DNA of 32,000 bases, taken from IMG/VR virus record IMGVR_UViG_3300035670_013237, positions 30,001 through 62,000 of that record; one strand, 5' to 3'. The stretch comes from a virus. The translations under genes were made by a program, and so were the position numbers. Shown piece after piece: positions 1 through 8,424 of this stretch (the stretch's first letter is position 1; each line of letters begins with the position of its first letter). The notes beneath the pieces were generated by a model, which was not told the origin of the DNA, made no database searches, and worked only from the letters and a program-made list of their open reading frames with translations.

Positions 1-2
1 TC

Positions 3-539
3 GTTCGTGGGCAGGAAGATAAAGGCGTCATGGTCTGGGCCTTCGGCAAGATCGTGTATCAGCGCCTCCTTGGATTCTTCATTGATGAAGATTATGGTGA
101 TATTCTCGATCCACTCCAGGGCTTCGACCTGAAGGTGACGATCTCTCAGCAGCCCGGAAAGCAATTCCAGGACACGGTGGTCGACTGCAAGGGTCGCCCC
201 AGCAAGCTCCATGAAGACTCTGCCACGATCAAGAAGTGGCTCGACGCTGTCCCCAACCTCGATGACATGTACCGTCTCAAGTCGAGGGATGAGATCGAGG
301 CCGTGCTCAATAACTGGCTCAATGGCGGTGATACATCAACTGTCCAGGAAACGGGCACTGCGAAAGGTGGGTCCGGCGGGGTCGATGTCCTTGATGACTT
401 TGTGAAGGAAGTGAAGCAGGCAAAGCCCGCTCCGAAGCCAGGTGCGACGAAGAAGTCATCCTTTGATGATGACGACGCCCCTGCGCCCAAGAAGCAGTCG
501 CTGGATGAAGCTTTCGAAGACCTGATGAACGACGACTGA
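3..539 (+). CDS. T4 gp32-like single-stranded DNA-binding protein, C-terminal part (5' end lies upstream of the window)
   Basis: The frame is open from the window edge. 'EDKGVMVWAFGKIVYQRL' resembles T4 gp32 'ENEGKVFKYRFGKKIWDKI'. The Gly/Ala-rich linker is followed by an acidic tail 'DDDDAPAPKK..EAFEDLMNDD', like gp32 '..DDTDLDDLLNDL'. Confidence 0.7.
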   Translation, partial: VRGQEDKGVMVWAFGKIVYQRLLGFFIDEDYGDILDPLQGFDLKVTISQQPGKQFQDTVVDCKGRPSKLHEDSATIKKWLDAVPNLDDMYRLKSRDEIEAVLNNWLNGGDTSTVQETGTAKGGSGGVDVLDDFVKEVKQAKPAPKPGATKKSSFDDDDAPAPKKQSLDEAFEDLMNDD

Positions 540-547
540 GGTAAAAC

Positions 548-1798
548 ATGGCAAAGGTATCCAATAAGGGCTCTACCTCTGCAGACCTCCCTGAGAAGCC
601 TAGCAAGAAGAAGTCAGGGGATGAGATCGACGATCTTACCTCTGACCTCATCAAGCAGCTCAACAAGGAGTTCGGGCAGAGAATTGCTTACAATTTGAGC
701 GAAGACGAAGCGCCCACGATCGTGAAGCGCTGGATTGACACTGGTTCCATTCAACTCAACTATGCAATTCGTAATGCAGCAAATGGCGGATATCCGGAAG
801 GTCGAATCATCGAAATTTCGGGCCTTCCATCTTCAGGCAAGTCGCATCTTGCTTACCATGCTGCGGCGGTGACACAGGCATTGGGCGGTCTTGTCGTCTA
901 TGTCGACACCGAGAATGCGACTCCCATTGAGAAGTTGAAGCACATGGGCATCAATGTGGCAAAGAAGTTTGTGTACTGCGATACGCATTGCACGGAAGAA
1001 GTCTTCGCCATCATTGAGAGCACAGTGACGAAGGCAAAGCAGATCATTGAAAAGAATGTTCCCATCCTTGTGATCTGGGACTCTGTGGCTGCCACATCAC
1101 CCAAGGCTGAGCTTGACGGTGATTATGACCAGAACACTATTGGTCTGCAAGCTCGTGTCATTAGTAAGGGCATGCGCAAGTTGACGGGTGTGATTGGGCA
1201 AAACAACGTAACGCTTCTGTGCATCAATCAGGTCCGCGAGAAGATTGGCGTGCTCCACGGAGATCCCATCACAACGCCGGGTGGCAAAGCGATTCCCTTC
1301 CACGCCTCTGTACGCATTCGCCTCGGCTCTGGTAGCCCCATCAAGGACAAGGCGGGTAATGTGGTGGGCATTCACACGACTGTTTCTATCAAGAAGAACA
1401 AGGTGGCTCCTCCCTTCCGTAAGTGCGAATTTGACATTCACTTTGGCAAGGGCATTGTGGAACACGAGTTCCTCTTCGATGAGTGCAGGTCTTGGTGCGA
1501 CAAGAACAAGGTCCTGATGGATTACGCTGGTGCTAAGGGACAAGCAAGGAAGGTCGAGGTGAGCGTTTCAGGAACTGGTGCTTGGAAAGAGCTCACTGTG
1601 TCAGACGCGGAGACAGGAGAGGTCGTGCTCGAAAAGAAATTCTATAAGAATGACTTTGGCGACATGCTCGTCGATCCTGTGTATAAGCCCTTCCTCGATA
1701 AGGTGATCGATGATGCCTTGACACTGCAGTCCGGCGCCCCGGCAGGCGACGGAGAATCACCCAGCGACGATGAAGATGAGGTGCTCAATGACGATTAA
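548..1798 (+). CDS. recA: RecA-family recombinase
   Basis: Walker A 'GLPSSGKSHLAY'. 'ILVIWDSVAATSPKAELDGDYDQNTIGLQARVISKGMRKLTGVIGQNNVTLLCINQVREKIGVLHGDPITTPGGKAIPFHASVRIRL' is nearly colinear with the bacterial RecA core. SD-like 'TGAGG' lies upstream of the ATG. The C-terminus is acidic ('DDEDEVLNDD'). Confidence 0.9.
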   Translation: MAKVSNKGSTSADLPEKPSKKKSGDEIDDLTSDLIKQLNKEFGQRIAYNLSEDEAPTIVKRWIDTGSIQLNYAIRNAANGGYPEGRIIEISGLPSSGKSHLAYHAAAVTQALGGLVVYVDTENATPIEKLKHMGINVAKKFVYCDTHCTEEVFAIIESTVTKAKQIIEKNVPILVIWDSVAATSPKAELDGDYDQNTIGLQARVISKGMRKLTGVIGQNNVTLLCINQVREKIGVLHGDPITTPGGKAIPFHASVRIRLGSGSPIKDKAGNVVGIHTTVSIKKNKVAPPFRKCEFDIHFGKGIVEHEFLFDECRSWCDKNKVLMDYAGAKGQARKVEVSVSGTGAWKELTVSDAETGEVVLEKKFYKNDFGDMLVDPVYKPFLDKVIDDALTLQSGAPAGDGESPSDDEDEVLNDD

Positions 1799-2213
1799 GA
1801 AGATCAAGTACATGGGTGACTTCACACCGGCTTATCAGTCCGATGGTGCAGCAGGTTGTGATCTCACGTCATCGATGGATCAGGTCATTGAACCCCAGTC
1901 ATGGGGTGTCGTGCCTACGGGGCTCTTCCTGGAAGTTCCCCCGGGCCATGAGGCACAGATCAGGTCACGCTCTGGTCTTGCTGTGAAGCACGGTGTGTTC
2001 GTGCTCAATGGCATCGGCACTGTCGACTCTGACTACAGGGGCGAAATAAAGGTCATCCTAGCCAACATGAGCCACCGTCCGTTCATCATCAAAAAAGGAG
2101 ATAGGATTGCACAGATGGTTTTTGCGCAATTTTCTCGTGCCATTTTTGAAAAGGTAGATGAGCTGTCTGATACACCACGAGGTGCAGGCGGGTTCGGATC
2201 GACAGGTCGTTGA
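1788..2213 (+). CDS. dut: Trimeric dUTP pyrophosphatase (dUTPase)
   Basis: Motifs 'AAGCDL', 'RSRSGLAVKHG', 'GTVDSDYRGEI', 'GDRIAQMVF' and the C-terminal 'RGAGGFGSTGR'. The start is set at ATG 1788 (MTIKKIKY), which overlaps the recA stop. In-frame ATGs also exist at 1770 and 1776. Confidence 0.9.
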   Translation: MTIKKIKYMGDFTPAYQSDGAAGCDLTSSMDQVIEPQSWGVVPTGLFLEVPPGHEAQIRSRSGLAVKHGVFVLNGIGTVDSDYRGEIKVILANMSHRPFIIKKGDRIAQMVFAQFSRAIFEKVDELSDTPRGAGGFGSTGR

Positions 2214-2218
2214 TCTGC

Positions 2219-2272
2219 CTGTGTGCCATGAGGTTGTTCTCATGGCACACAGCACCCTTTGTGAGATTTTTT
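2219..2272 (+). terminator. Perfect 14-bp hairpin after dut, with a distal T6 run
   Basis: CTGTGTGCCATGAG (2219-2232), loop GTTGTT, CTCATGGCACACAG (2239-2252). The T6 run at 2267-2272 is 14 nt from the stem, so this is not a textbook intrinsic terminator. Confidence 0.4.
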
Positions 2273-2310
2273 GTAATCAAAATTGTAGCAGGGCAAAATA
2301 CATAGAGCAT

Positions 2311-2637
2311 ATGAGAATCACGACTTCACAGCTGCGCAGAATTATTCGTGAAGAGCTACAGGTCATCCGTGAAGCGAGATCTGTCAACATTGGTGCCCTT
2401 GAGAAGCTAATCATGAGGTACAACAATGATCCCGAGAGCGAAATTCCGCCCAAGAGTCTGCAGTCTGTGGGTCTCACCACGAACCCTGAGTATACTTACC
2501 GTGCCGTGTATGGGCAGATTGTGGCGCGGGACGATGGTGATGACGTGGAGTTCTGGTCCAATGAGCTGAACAGGTGGAAGCGGATTGACTACGAGGATCG
2601 TCAGCACTCTGTGTCGATTCACAATCCACAGCAATGA
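2311..2637 (+). CDS. Hypothetical protein with N-terminal 'SQLRRIIREEL' motif
   Basis: Start chosen at ATG 2311 (MRITTSQLRRIIREEL). The longer ORF-track start at 2158 would read through the dut end and the hairpin. No recognisable domain. Confidence 0.55.
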   Translation: MRITTSQLRRIIREELQVIREARSVNIGALEKLIMRYNNDPESEIPPKSLQSVGLTTNPEYTYRAVYGQIVARDDGDDVEFWSNELNRWKRIDYEDRQHSVSIHNPQQ

Positions 2638-2699
2638 AATAACCCACTGTTAGTGGGTCTCTGTACTTCAAAGTATTTATAGGATACTGTGACAGCATT

Positions 2700-3674
2700 A
2701 TGTCGACAGATGAACGGCCTTTTCTCATCATTGATTCGATGAACCTCTTCGTGAGGTCTTATAGTGCATACCCCACAATGTCTGCGCACGGATATCAGAT
2801 GGGCGGGTGCATAGGCTACCTGAAGACCCTGAGGAGGCTGGTGAACGAAATCGGCCCGCAAGGCGTCTATATTGCCTGGGAAGGTGGCGGTTCGCAGAAG
2901 CGCCGGGCCCTGTACTCAGAATACAAGTTGAATCGAAAACCTGAGAAGCTAAATCGCTTCTATGAGGACGATATTCCTGACAGTGACGACAACAAGAAGC
3001 ACCAGATCATTGCTCTTTTGGGCATGCTGAAGTGCATTCCTGCATGCCAGATTTATGTCTCAGACTGTGAGGGTGATGACGTCATTGCTTATTTGGTGAG
3101 AGGTCCCCTGAGGAACAAGCCAAAGATTGTCGTGTCATCCGACAAGGACATGTACCAGCTGCTCGATGACACGACTAAGATATACAGCCTGCACAAGAAG
3201 ACGTACATCACGATTCCTGATGTGGTCGAAGAATTCCGCGTGCAGCCCAAGAACTTTGCGATTGCAAAAGCCCTGTGCGGCGATCCGACGGACAATATTC
3301 CAGGTGTTAAGGGCTTAGGGTTCAAGACTGTGGCTAAGTCGCTGCCATTTCTTTCGACAGAGGAGGACGTCATACTGGAAGATGTTTTCAAGTATTGTCA
3401 TGCACACTCTGACGAGTCTACGATTTTACGCAGGATAATTGGGCACGAAGATGACATAAAGCGAAACTGGAAGCTCGTCCACCTGGACGGTAGCATGCTC
3501 TCAGCTGCACAGTCTACCAAGGTCGACCATCTCATCAATACATTCACTCCTATAGCAGATAGAATGGGACTCATTAGAAGCTTAGTTCGTGAGGGCATCA
3601 ATGATTTTGATGTGGAGGGATTCTTCTACACATTCAACTGCATTTCTGGCGTCGAGAACAAAACGAGGAATTAA
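2700..3674 (+). CDS. 5'-3' exonuclease / flap endonuclease (PIN plus H3TH, PolA N-terminal-domain type)
   Basis: 'FLIIDSMNLFVRSY', 'GDDVIAYL', 'VVSSDKDMYQLL' and 'GDPTDNIPGVKGLGFKTVAKSL' are the classic 5'-nuclease acidic clusters and the H3TH motif. Confidence 0.85.
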   Translation: MSTDERPFLIIDSMNLFVRSYSAYPTMSAHGYQMGGCIGYLKTLRRLVNEIGPQGVYIAWEGGGSQKRRALYSEYKLNRKPEKLNRFYEDDIPDSDDNKKHQIIALLGMLKCIPACQIYVSDCEGDDVIAYLVRGPLRNKPKIVVSSDKDMYQLLDDTTKIYSLHKKTYITIPDVVEEFRVQPKNFAIAKALCGDPTDNIPGVKGLGFKTVAKSLPFLSTEEDVILEDVFKYCHAHSDESTILRRIIGHEDDIKRNWKLVHLDGSMLSAAQSTKVDHLINTFTPIADRMGLIRSLVREGINDFDVEGFFYTFNCISGVENKTRN

Positions 3675-5104
3675 TGAACGACGATAAAACAACGACAAGG
3701 GTCTCTTTTGCGACTTATGGCAAAGCCTTCCAAGAAAAGATCGTGCAGGCCCTGCTTGTCGATAAGCAATTTGCTGAGCAAATGCTGGAAGTCTTCGATA
3801 TCTCTTACTTGGAACCAAAATACCTCCAATTTTTGGGAGATCGTTACTTTTCTTATGCTAAGAAGTACAAGGTCTTTCCGACGATGCAGCTCCTTGTGAC
3901 GATCATTAGAGATGAGCTGAAGGTCGGAACTGACACTATCATTCGTGACCAGATCGTCGATTATTTGCAAAGAATGCGTGCCAACCCGGATCCCGGCGAT
4001 CTGCAATATGTCAAAGAGAAATCTCTTGATTTCTGTAAGAAGCAGGCACTCAAGAAGGCGCTAGAAGACGCAGTCGATCAGATTCAGGCAGAGAAATACG
4101 AATCGATCGTTGATGGCATCAAGAAGGCCGTCATGGTGGGGAATGCGCCCCAGCTGGGACACGATTTCTTCACAGATTTTGAGAGTCGTTTCACGCGCCT
4201 CCAGCGCAATGCTGTGCCAACTGGGCTTGACGAACTTGACAAGAAAGAAATCCTCAATGGCGGCCTTGGTGCAGGTGAGATTGGTGTAATCGTCGCGCCT
4301 ACAGGTGTGGGCAAGAGTCACATGTTGACATACCTCGGTGCCAGCGCTCTTCGAGCGGGCATTGACGTTCTTCATTACACCTTCGAACTGTCAGAGGCCG
4401 CCGTCGGCCTGCGCTACGATTCGAACCTGTGCGATCTCGATTCTAACCAGGTGATCGACAGGAAAGATGAAGTCCTGAAGCAATACCAGGACATGAAGCT
4501 TGGTCGTCTCATCATCAAGGAATTTCCCACGAACACGGCCTCCATCTACACACTGCGAAGCCACATTGAGCGCCTCGATATCAAGGGCTTCCGGCCTGGA
4601 GTCATCATCATCGACTACGCAGACATCATGCGGTCTACCCGGCAGTTCGACTCGCTCCGTCATGAATTGAAGTTGATTTATGAAGAGCTCCGAGGGTTTG
4701 CGACTGAGAAGGGCATTCCCATCTGGACGGCATCTCAGTCGAACAAAGAAGGATCGAACAATGACATTGTAGATCTCAGCAACATGAGTGAGGCGTATGG
4801 GAAGGCGATGGTCGCCGACGTGGTCCTCAGCATTTCACGGCGATCTCATGAAAAGTCGACAGGTTTTGGGCGCCTCTACGTCGCCAAAAACCGTGCAGGC
4901 CGGGACGGCCTCGTGTACCCTGTGAAGATTGACACGGCTAGGAGTAAGTTTGAAATAACTGGCGGTGCAGGCTCTCTAGAGGGTGCGGTGAAAGACAACG
5001 AAGATGAGGTGAAGAAAGCCCTCCGCCTCAAGTGGAAAGAATTGAGAAATGATCCTGTGATCGGGAATAAAATGAAAAAGCCAGATGCCGACAACAGCGA
5101 ATAA
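3674..5104 (+). CDS. Replicative DNA helicase, DnaB/T4 gp41-like
   Basis: Walker A 'APTGVGKSHML'. 'GRLIIKEFPTNTASIYTLRSHIERLDIKGFRPGVIIIDYADIM' parallels T4 gp41 'GRLIVKQYPTGGADANTFRSLLNELKLKKNFVPTIIIVDYLGI'. 'WTASQSNKEG' is also present. The ATG overlaps the upstream TAA (TAATG). Confidence 0.85.
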   Translation: MNDDKTTTRVSFATYGKAFQEKIVQALLVDKQFAEQMLEVFDISYLEPKYLQFLGDRYFSYAKKYKVFPTMQLLVTIIRDELKVGTDTIIRDQIVDYLQRMRANPDPGDLQYVKEKSLDFCKKQALKKALEDAVDQIQAEKYESIVDGIKKAVMVGNAPQLGHDFFTDFESRFTRLQRNAVPTGLDELDKKEILNGGLGAGEIGVIVAPTGVGKSHMLTYLGASALRAGIDVLHYTFELSEAAVGLRYDSNLCDLDSNQVIDRKDEVLKQYQDMKLGRLIIKEFPTNTASIYTLRSHIERLDIKGFRPGVIIIDYADIMRSTRQFDSLRHELKLIYEELRGFATEKGIPIWTASQSNKEGSNNDIVDLSNMSEAYGKAMVADVVLSISRRSHEKSTGFGRLYVAKNRAGRDGLVYPVKIDTARSKFEITGGAGSLEGAVKDNEDEVKKALRLKWKELRNDPVIGNKMKKPDADNSE

Positions 5105-5169
5105 ACTGGACTGAGACCTAGTATAGTTAGAAAACCACTCGAACAAGTAAACACACTGGAGAATTCAGC

Positions 5170-7338
5170 ATGAGCACATACACGTATCAGCAGGTTCGTG
5201 ATGCGTCGATTAAGTACTTTGGCGGTGACGAGCTCGCCGCGGAAGTCTTTGCGGGCAAGTATGCCCTCAGGGATCTGGCGGGGAGCATTTATGAACTGAC
5301 ACCCTCAGACATGCATCGTCGTCTTGCAAAAGAATTTGCTAGGATTGAGGCCAAATATCCTAACCCTCTCACGGAGAAGGAGATTTTCTGTCTCTTTGCA
5401 GATCTTGAACACCTTGACTTGCCCACTCGTGAGTCCATGACTCTTGATGAACTTGCGGCTGAATCACGTGGTCTTGGATCAGTCATTCCACAGGGCTCTC
5501 CAATGTCAGCGATTGGAAATGACCACCAATTCCAGTCACTCTCCAATTGTTTTGTTATTGAATCCCCACACGACTCTTATGGCGGCATCATGAAGGCCGA
5601 CCAGGAAGAAGCCCAAATCATGAAGCGCCGTGGTGGTGTTGGATTTGACATTTCCACAATCCGCCCAAAAGGCATTGTGACTGCTAATGCAGCCCGAACC
5701 ACTGATGGTATTGGTGTCTTCATGGAGCGCTTCTCTAACACTTGTCGTGAGGTTGCGCAGGGAGGTCGCCGCGGAGCCTTGATGTTGACGATTGATGTCC
5801 ATCACCCAGAGATTCGCACCTTCATCAACATCAAGCGTGACCTGAAGAAGGTGACAGGCGCCAACATCTCAATTCGTCTTTCAGATGAATTCATGCAGGC
5901 AGTCAAAGATGGTGGCAAGGCTCACCTCCGATTCCCAGTCCAGAAGGATGCCCAGCACATTGTGTCTGAACATGTAGATGCTGGTGAATTGTGGCATGAG
6001 ATCATTGAAGCCGCCTGGGCATCAGCGGAGCCTGGTTTGCTCTTCTGGGACACGGTTCTTCGTCGTGGTCCTGCTGATGCATATGCAAGCCATGGATATC
6101 TTTCAACATCTACGAATCCCTGTGGGGAGATCACGTTGTCTCCGTATGACTCGTGCCGTCTGCTGCTCGTTAATCTTTCAAAATTTGTGAAGAATCCTTT
6201 TACGGCCGATGCTTCATTTGATTTTAATAAATTCAATGACACGGTTAAGAAAGCACAGAGATTGATGGACGATCTGATCGATCTGGAGCTCGAGGCGGTC
6301 GATCGAATTCTTGATAAGATCAAGAGCGATCCTGAGCCAGAGGAGGTGAAGAGGCCCGAACTCAATCTGTGGATGAAGATTCGCTCTGCGGCTATCAATG
6401 GTCGTCGAACAGGCTTGGGCATCACGGCCTTGGGAGACGCACTCGCATACCTCAACGTTCGTTATGGTTCTGACGAATCTGTCACAAAGACAGATGAACT
6501 TTATCGCGGCTTGGCATTGGGTGCTTATAGGTCAACTGTGGAGATGGCACGTGATCGTGGAGCATTCCCTGTGTTTTCACATGACATTGAAAAGGGTCAT
6601 CCTTTCATTGAGCAGGTGTTGAACGAGGATCCTGCTTTACGTGCAGATTATGAAAAGTATGGTCGTCGTAATATCGCGTTGACAACAACAGCACCCGCAG
6701 GCTCGGTTTCGATTCTCACCCAGACGACGTCAGGCTGTGAGCCGGCGTTCATGTTGGGATACAAGCGCCGCCGCAAGATTAATCCCAGTGACTTTGAGGC
6801 GAAGGTTGACTTTATCGATCCGCTCGGGGATAAGTGGCAGGAGTACATGGTTTATCACCATGGATTCAAGAAGTGGATGGATGTCTCGGGTAAGACGATG
6901 GATCAGGCCCCTGAGTCTCCTTATTATGGTGCCACATCAAATGAGATCGACTGGGTCAAGAAGGTCGACATGCAGGCCGCGGCTCAGAAGTGGATTTGTC
7001 ATTCAATTTCTAATACTTGTGTGGCGGCCGACGCCTTGGTTGAAACAGACATGGGGCTGCTATATATGGATGAGATAGCAAATGATGCAGGTTGTAGCGA
7101 TAATGAACCTGCTCCTGTTAAAGACCTAAGGGTAAAAAATCACCTTGGTCGTAATGCCTCAGTTGGTCTTGTGTCCTCACAAGGAGAAAAGCAGGTCTAT
7201 CGTGTTACTACTAAATCAGGAAATAGTGTCATAACCACGAATGATCATAAATTCATTCTCCTGAATGAGATCAGTGATATTGAGGCATGGACACCTCTTT
7301 TTGATATCAACGTCGGCGACAGAATCAAATTATCATAA
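5170..7338 (+). CDS. nrdJ: Class II (B12-dependent) ribonucleotide reductase, N-extein (5170-7017) fused to the N-terminal split-intein half (7018-7335)
   Basis: RNR motifs 'SNCFV', 'RRGGVGFDIS', 'NPCGEITL' and 'TTAPAGSVSIL'. After 'KWICHSISNT' the sequence switches to intein block A 'CVAADALVETD' and block B 'TTNDHKF', then stops after 106 intein residues. SD GGAGA lies 8 nt upstream of the ATG. Confidence 0.85.
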   Translation: MSTYTYQQVRDASIKYFGGDELAAEVFAGKYALRDLAGSIYELTPSDMHRRLAKEFARIEAKYPNPLTEKEIFCLFADLEHLDLPTRESMTLDELAAESRGLGSVIPQGSPMSAIGNDHQFQSLSNCFVIESPHDSYGGIMKADQEEAQIMKRRGGVGFDISTIRPKGIVTANAARTTDGIGVFMERFSNTCREVAQGGRRGALMLTIDVHHPEIRTFINIKRDLKKVTGANISIRLSDEFMQAVKDGGKAHLRFPVQKDAQHIVSEHVDAGELWHEIIEAAWASAEPGLLFWDTVLRRGPADAYASHGYLSTSTNPCGEITLSPYDSCRLLLVNLSKFVKNPFTADASFDFNKFNDTVKKAQRLMDDLIDLELEAVDRILDKIKSDPEPEEVKRPELNLWMKIRSAAINGRRTGLGITALGDALAYLNVRYGSDESVTKTDELYRGLALGAYRSTVEMARDRGAFPVFSHDIEKGHPFIEQVLNEDPALRADYEKYGRRNIALTTTAPAGSVSILTQTTSGCEPAFMLGYKRRRKINPSDFEAKVDFIDPLGDKWQEYMVYHHGFKKWMDVSGKTMDQAPESPYYGATSNEIDWVKKVDMQAAAQKWICHSISNTCVAADALVETDMGLLYMDEIANDAGCSDNEPAPVKDLRVKNHLGRNASVGLVSSQGEKQVYRVTTKSGNSVITTNDHKFILLNEISDIEAWTPLFDINVGDRIKLS

Positions 7339-7339
7339 T

Positions 7340-7380
7340 TTTCTTGCCCACACCATATTTATAATGGGATGGGCAAGAAA
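7340..7380 (+). promoter_or_regulatory. 11-bp perfect inverted repeat enclosing the endonuclease start codon
   Basis: TTTCTTGCCCA (7340-7350) pairs with TGGGCAAGAAA (7370-7380). The 19-nt loop contains TATAAT (7360-7365). ATG 7369-7371 overlaps the right arm. Confidence 0.45.
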
Positions 7381-8424
7381 GTGTCAAAATCTAGAACAAG
7401 GTTTACGTGTAAAGTTTGTCAAAAAGAACGTGAAGAAATGAACAGCATCATTAAAAAATCAACAAGCTTGAGCAATGGATGCTGTTCACTTGAGTGCTTC
7501 AAAACGACTAAAGAATATTTTTCTCTAAGAAAAGAATCAGATGATAAACGTATTGCCCGTATAAGAATGACCGGTGATTTTCATAAAAATGGAATGGCAG
7601 GGAAAATTACACGTGCAAAAAATTTCTTACATGCTTTAGGGCTTGACACAAGTGAGATGAGTGTTAGCACACTTTTAGCAGAATTTAAGAGACTCTTTTC
7701 TATTCATGCTGGACATGGTGAAAAAATCAAAATAGGAAGGGAAAAGAAGCGGCCAGATCCTGAGGATAGAAAAAAATCTGACCAAGAAAGAGTTGTAAAG
7801 GGCGCATGTAATATGCTGGGGATAAAGTTTGACCCTGACATGTCTTTGATTCTTAGAAAAGAAATTACAAAAAGAGCTTTTGCAAGATTTCGTTCACACA
7901 GTAAAAAAGAATGGAAGCTCAAACACCTGCTCAATATCGGCATGCAGGTGCTTGACGTTTCAGAAGAAAATATCGACAGGCTGTATACTGAGTATCTTTC
8001 AAGAAGATTTAAGAAAAGCTCAATTGAAACAGAAAAAAATGGTTATTCGTGTACAGAAAAAGGCTGGTATGTTATGACTAGCTCCACAGATAGATTTTTT
8101 TATAGATCTTCTTGGGAAAAGAAAGTATTTGAGGCGTTAGATCTGCTTTTGGGCGAGGGAAAAATATTAGACGTGATTGAGCCAGAAAGAGTTCCATATA
8201 GTTTTGATAATATCAAGCGCCACTATTATCCTGATGCATGTTTTATCAATTCAAAAGGGCAAAAAATTGTTCTAGAAATCAAACCGCTAGAAAAATGTGC
8301 TGATCCAATAAACAGTGAAAAATTTTGCGCAGCAAAATCTATTCCTGAAATTTCTTTCCACATTTTGACGGAAGTAGAAATTTTTCAAAAAGACATTAAG
8401 GAATACTTGGAGACCCTAATATGA
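7369..8424 (+). CDS. Free-standing putative homing endonuclease: N-terminal Cys-rich (zinc-finger-like) region plus C-terminal PD-(D/E)XK (TnsA-N-like) nuclease fold
   Basis: The N-terminus has 'FTCKVCQKE...NGCCSLECF'. The C-terminus 'YRSSWEKKVFEALD...HYYPDACFINSKGQKIVLEIKPLEK' fits the E...PD...(D/E)xK pattern. The ORF is Lys-rich and AT-rich, and lies between the two nrdJ halves. Confidence 0.6.
   Translation: MGKKVSKSRTRFTCKVCQKEREEMNSIIKKSTSLSNGCCSLECFKTTKEYFSLRKESDDKRIARIRMTGDFHKNGMAGKITRAKNFLHALGLDTSEMSVSTLLAEFKRLFSIHAGHGEKIKIGREKKRPDPEDRKKSDQERVVKGACNMLGIKFDPDMSLILRKEITKRAFARFRSHSKKEWKLKHLLNIGMQVLDVSEENIDRLYTEYLSRRFKKSSIETEKNGYSCTEKGWYVMTSSTDRFFYRSSWEKKVFEALDLLLGEGKILDVIEPERVPYSFDNIKRHYYPDACFINSKGQKIVLEIKPLEKCADPINSEKFCAAKSIPEISFHILTEVEIFQKDIKEYLETLI

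Noticed and set aside
1097-1543. Long antisense or alternative-frame ORFs inside well-supported genes. Examples: 1097-1543(-), 5922-6455(-), 9976-10410(-), 11084-11551(-), 16703-17275(-), 20849-21331(-), 26239-26724(+), 27590-27985(-).
   Set aside because: Each overlaps a + strand gene with strong family motifs (recA, nrdJ, thyX, guaC-like, uxs, dnaE, ligase). Their translations are compositionally skewed (Arg/Ser/Pro-rich) with no motifs.
2642-2658. Hairpin ACCCACT-GTT-AGTGGGT after the 2311-2637 ORF as a terminator
   Set aside because: It has only a 7-bp stem with a 3-nt loop and no following U-tract, so the support is too weak for a terminator call.
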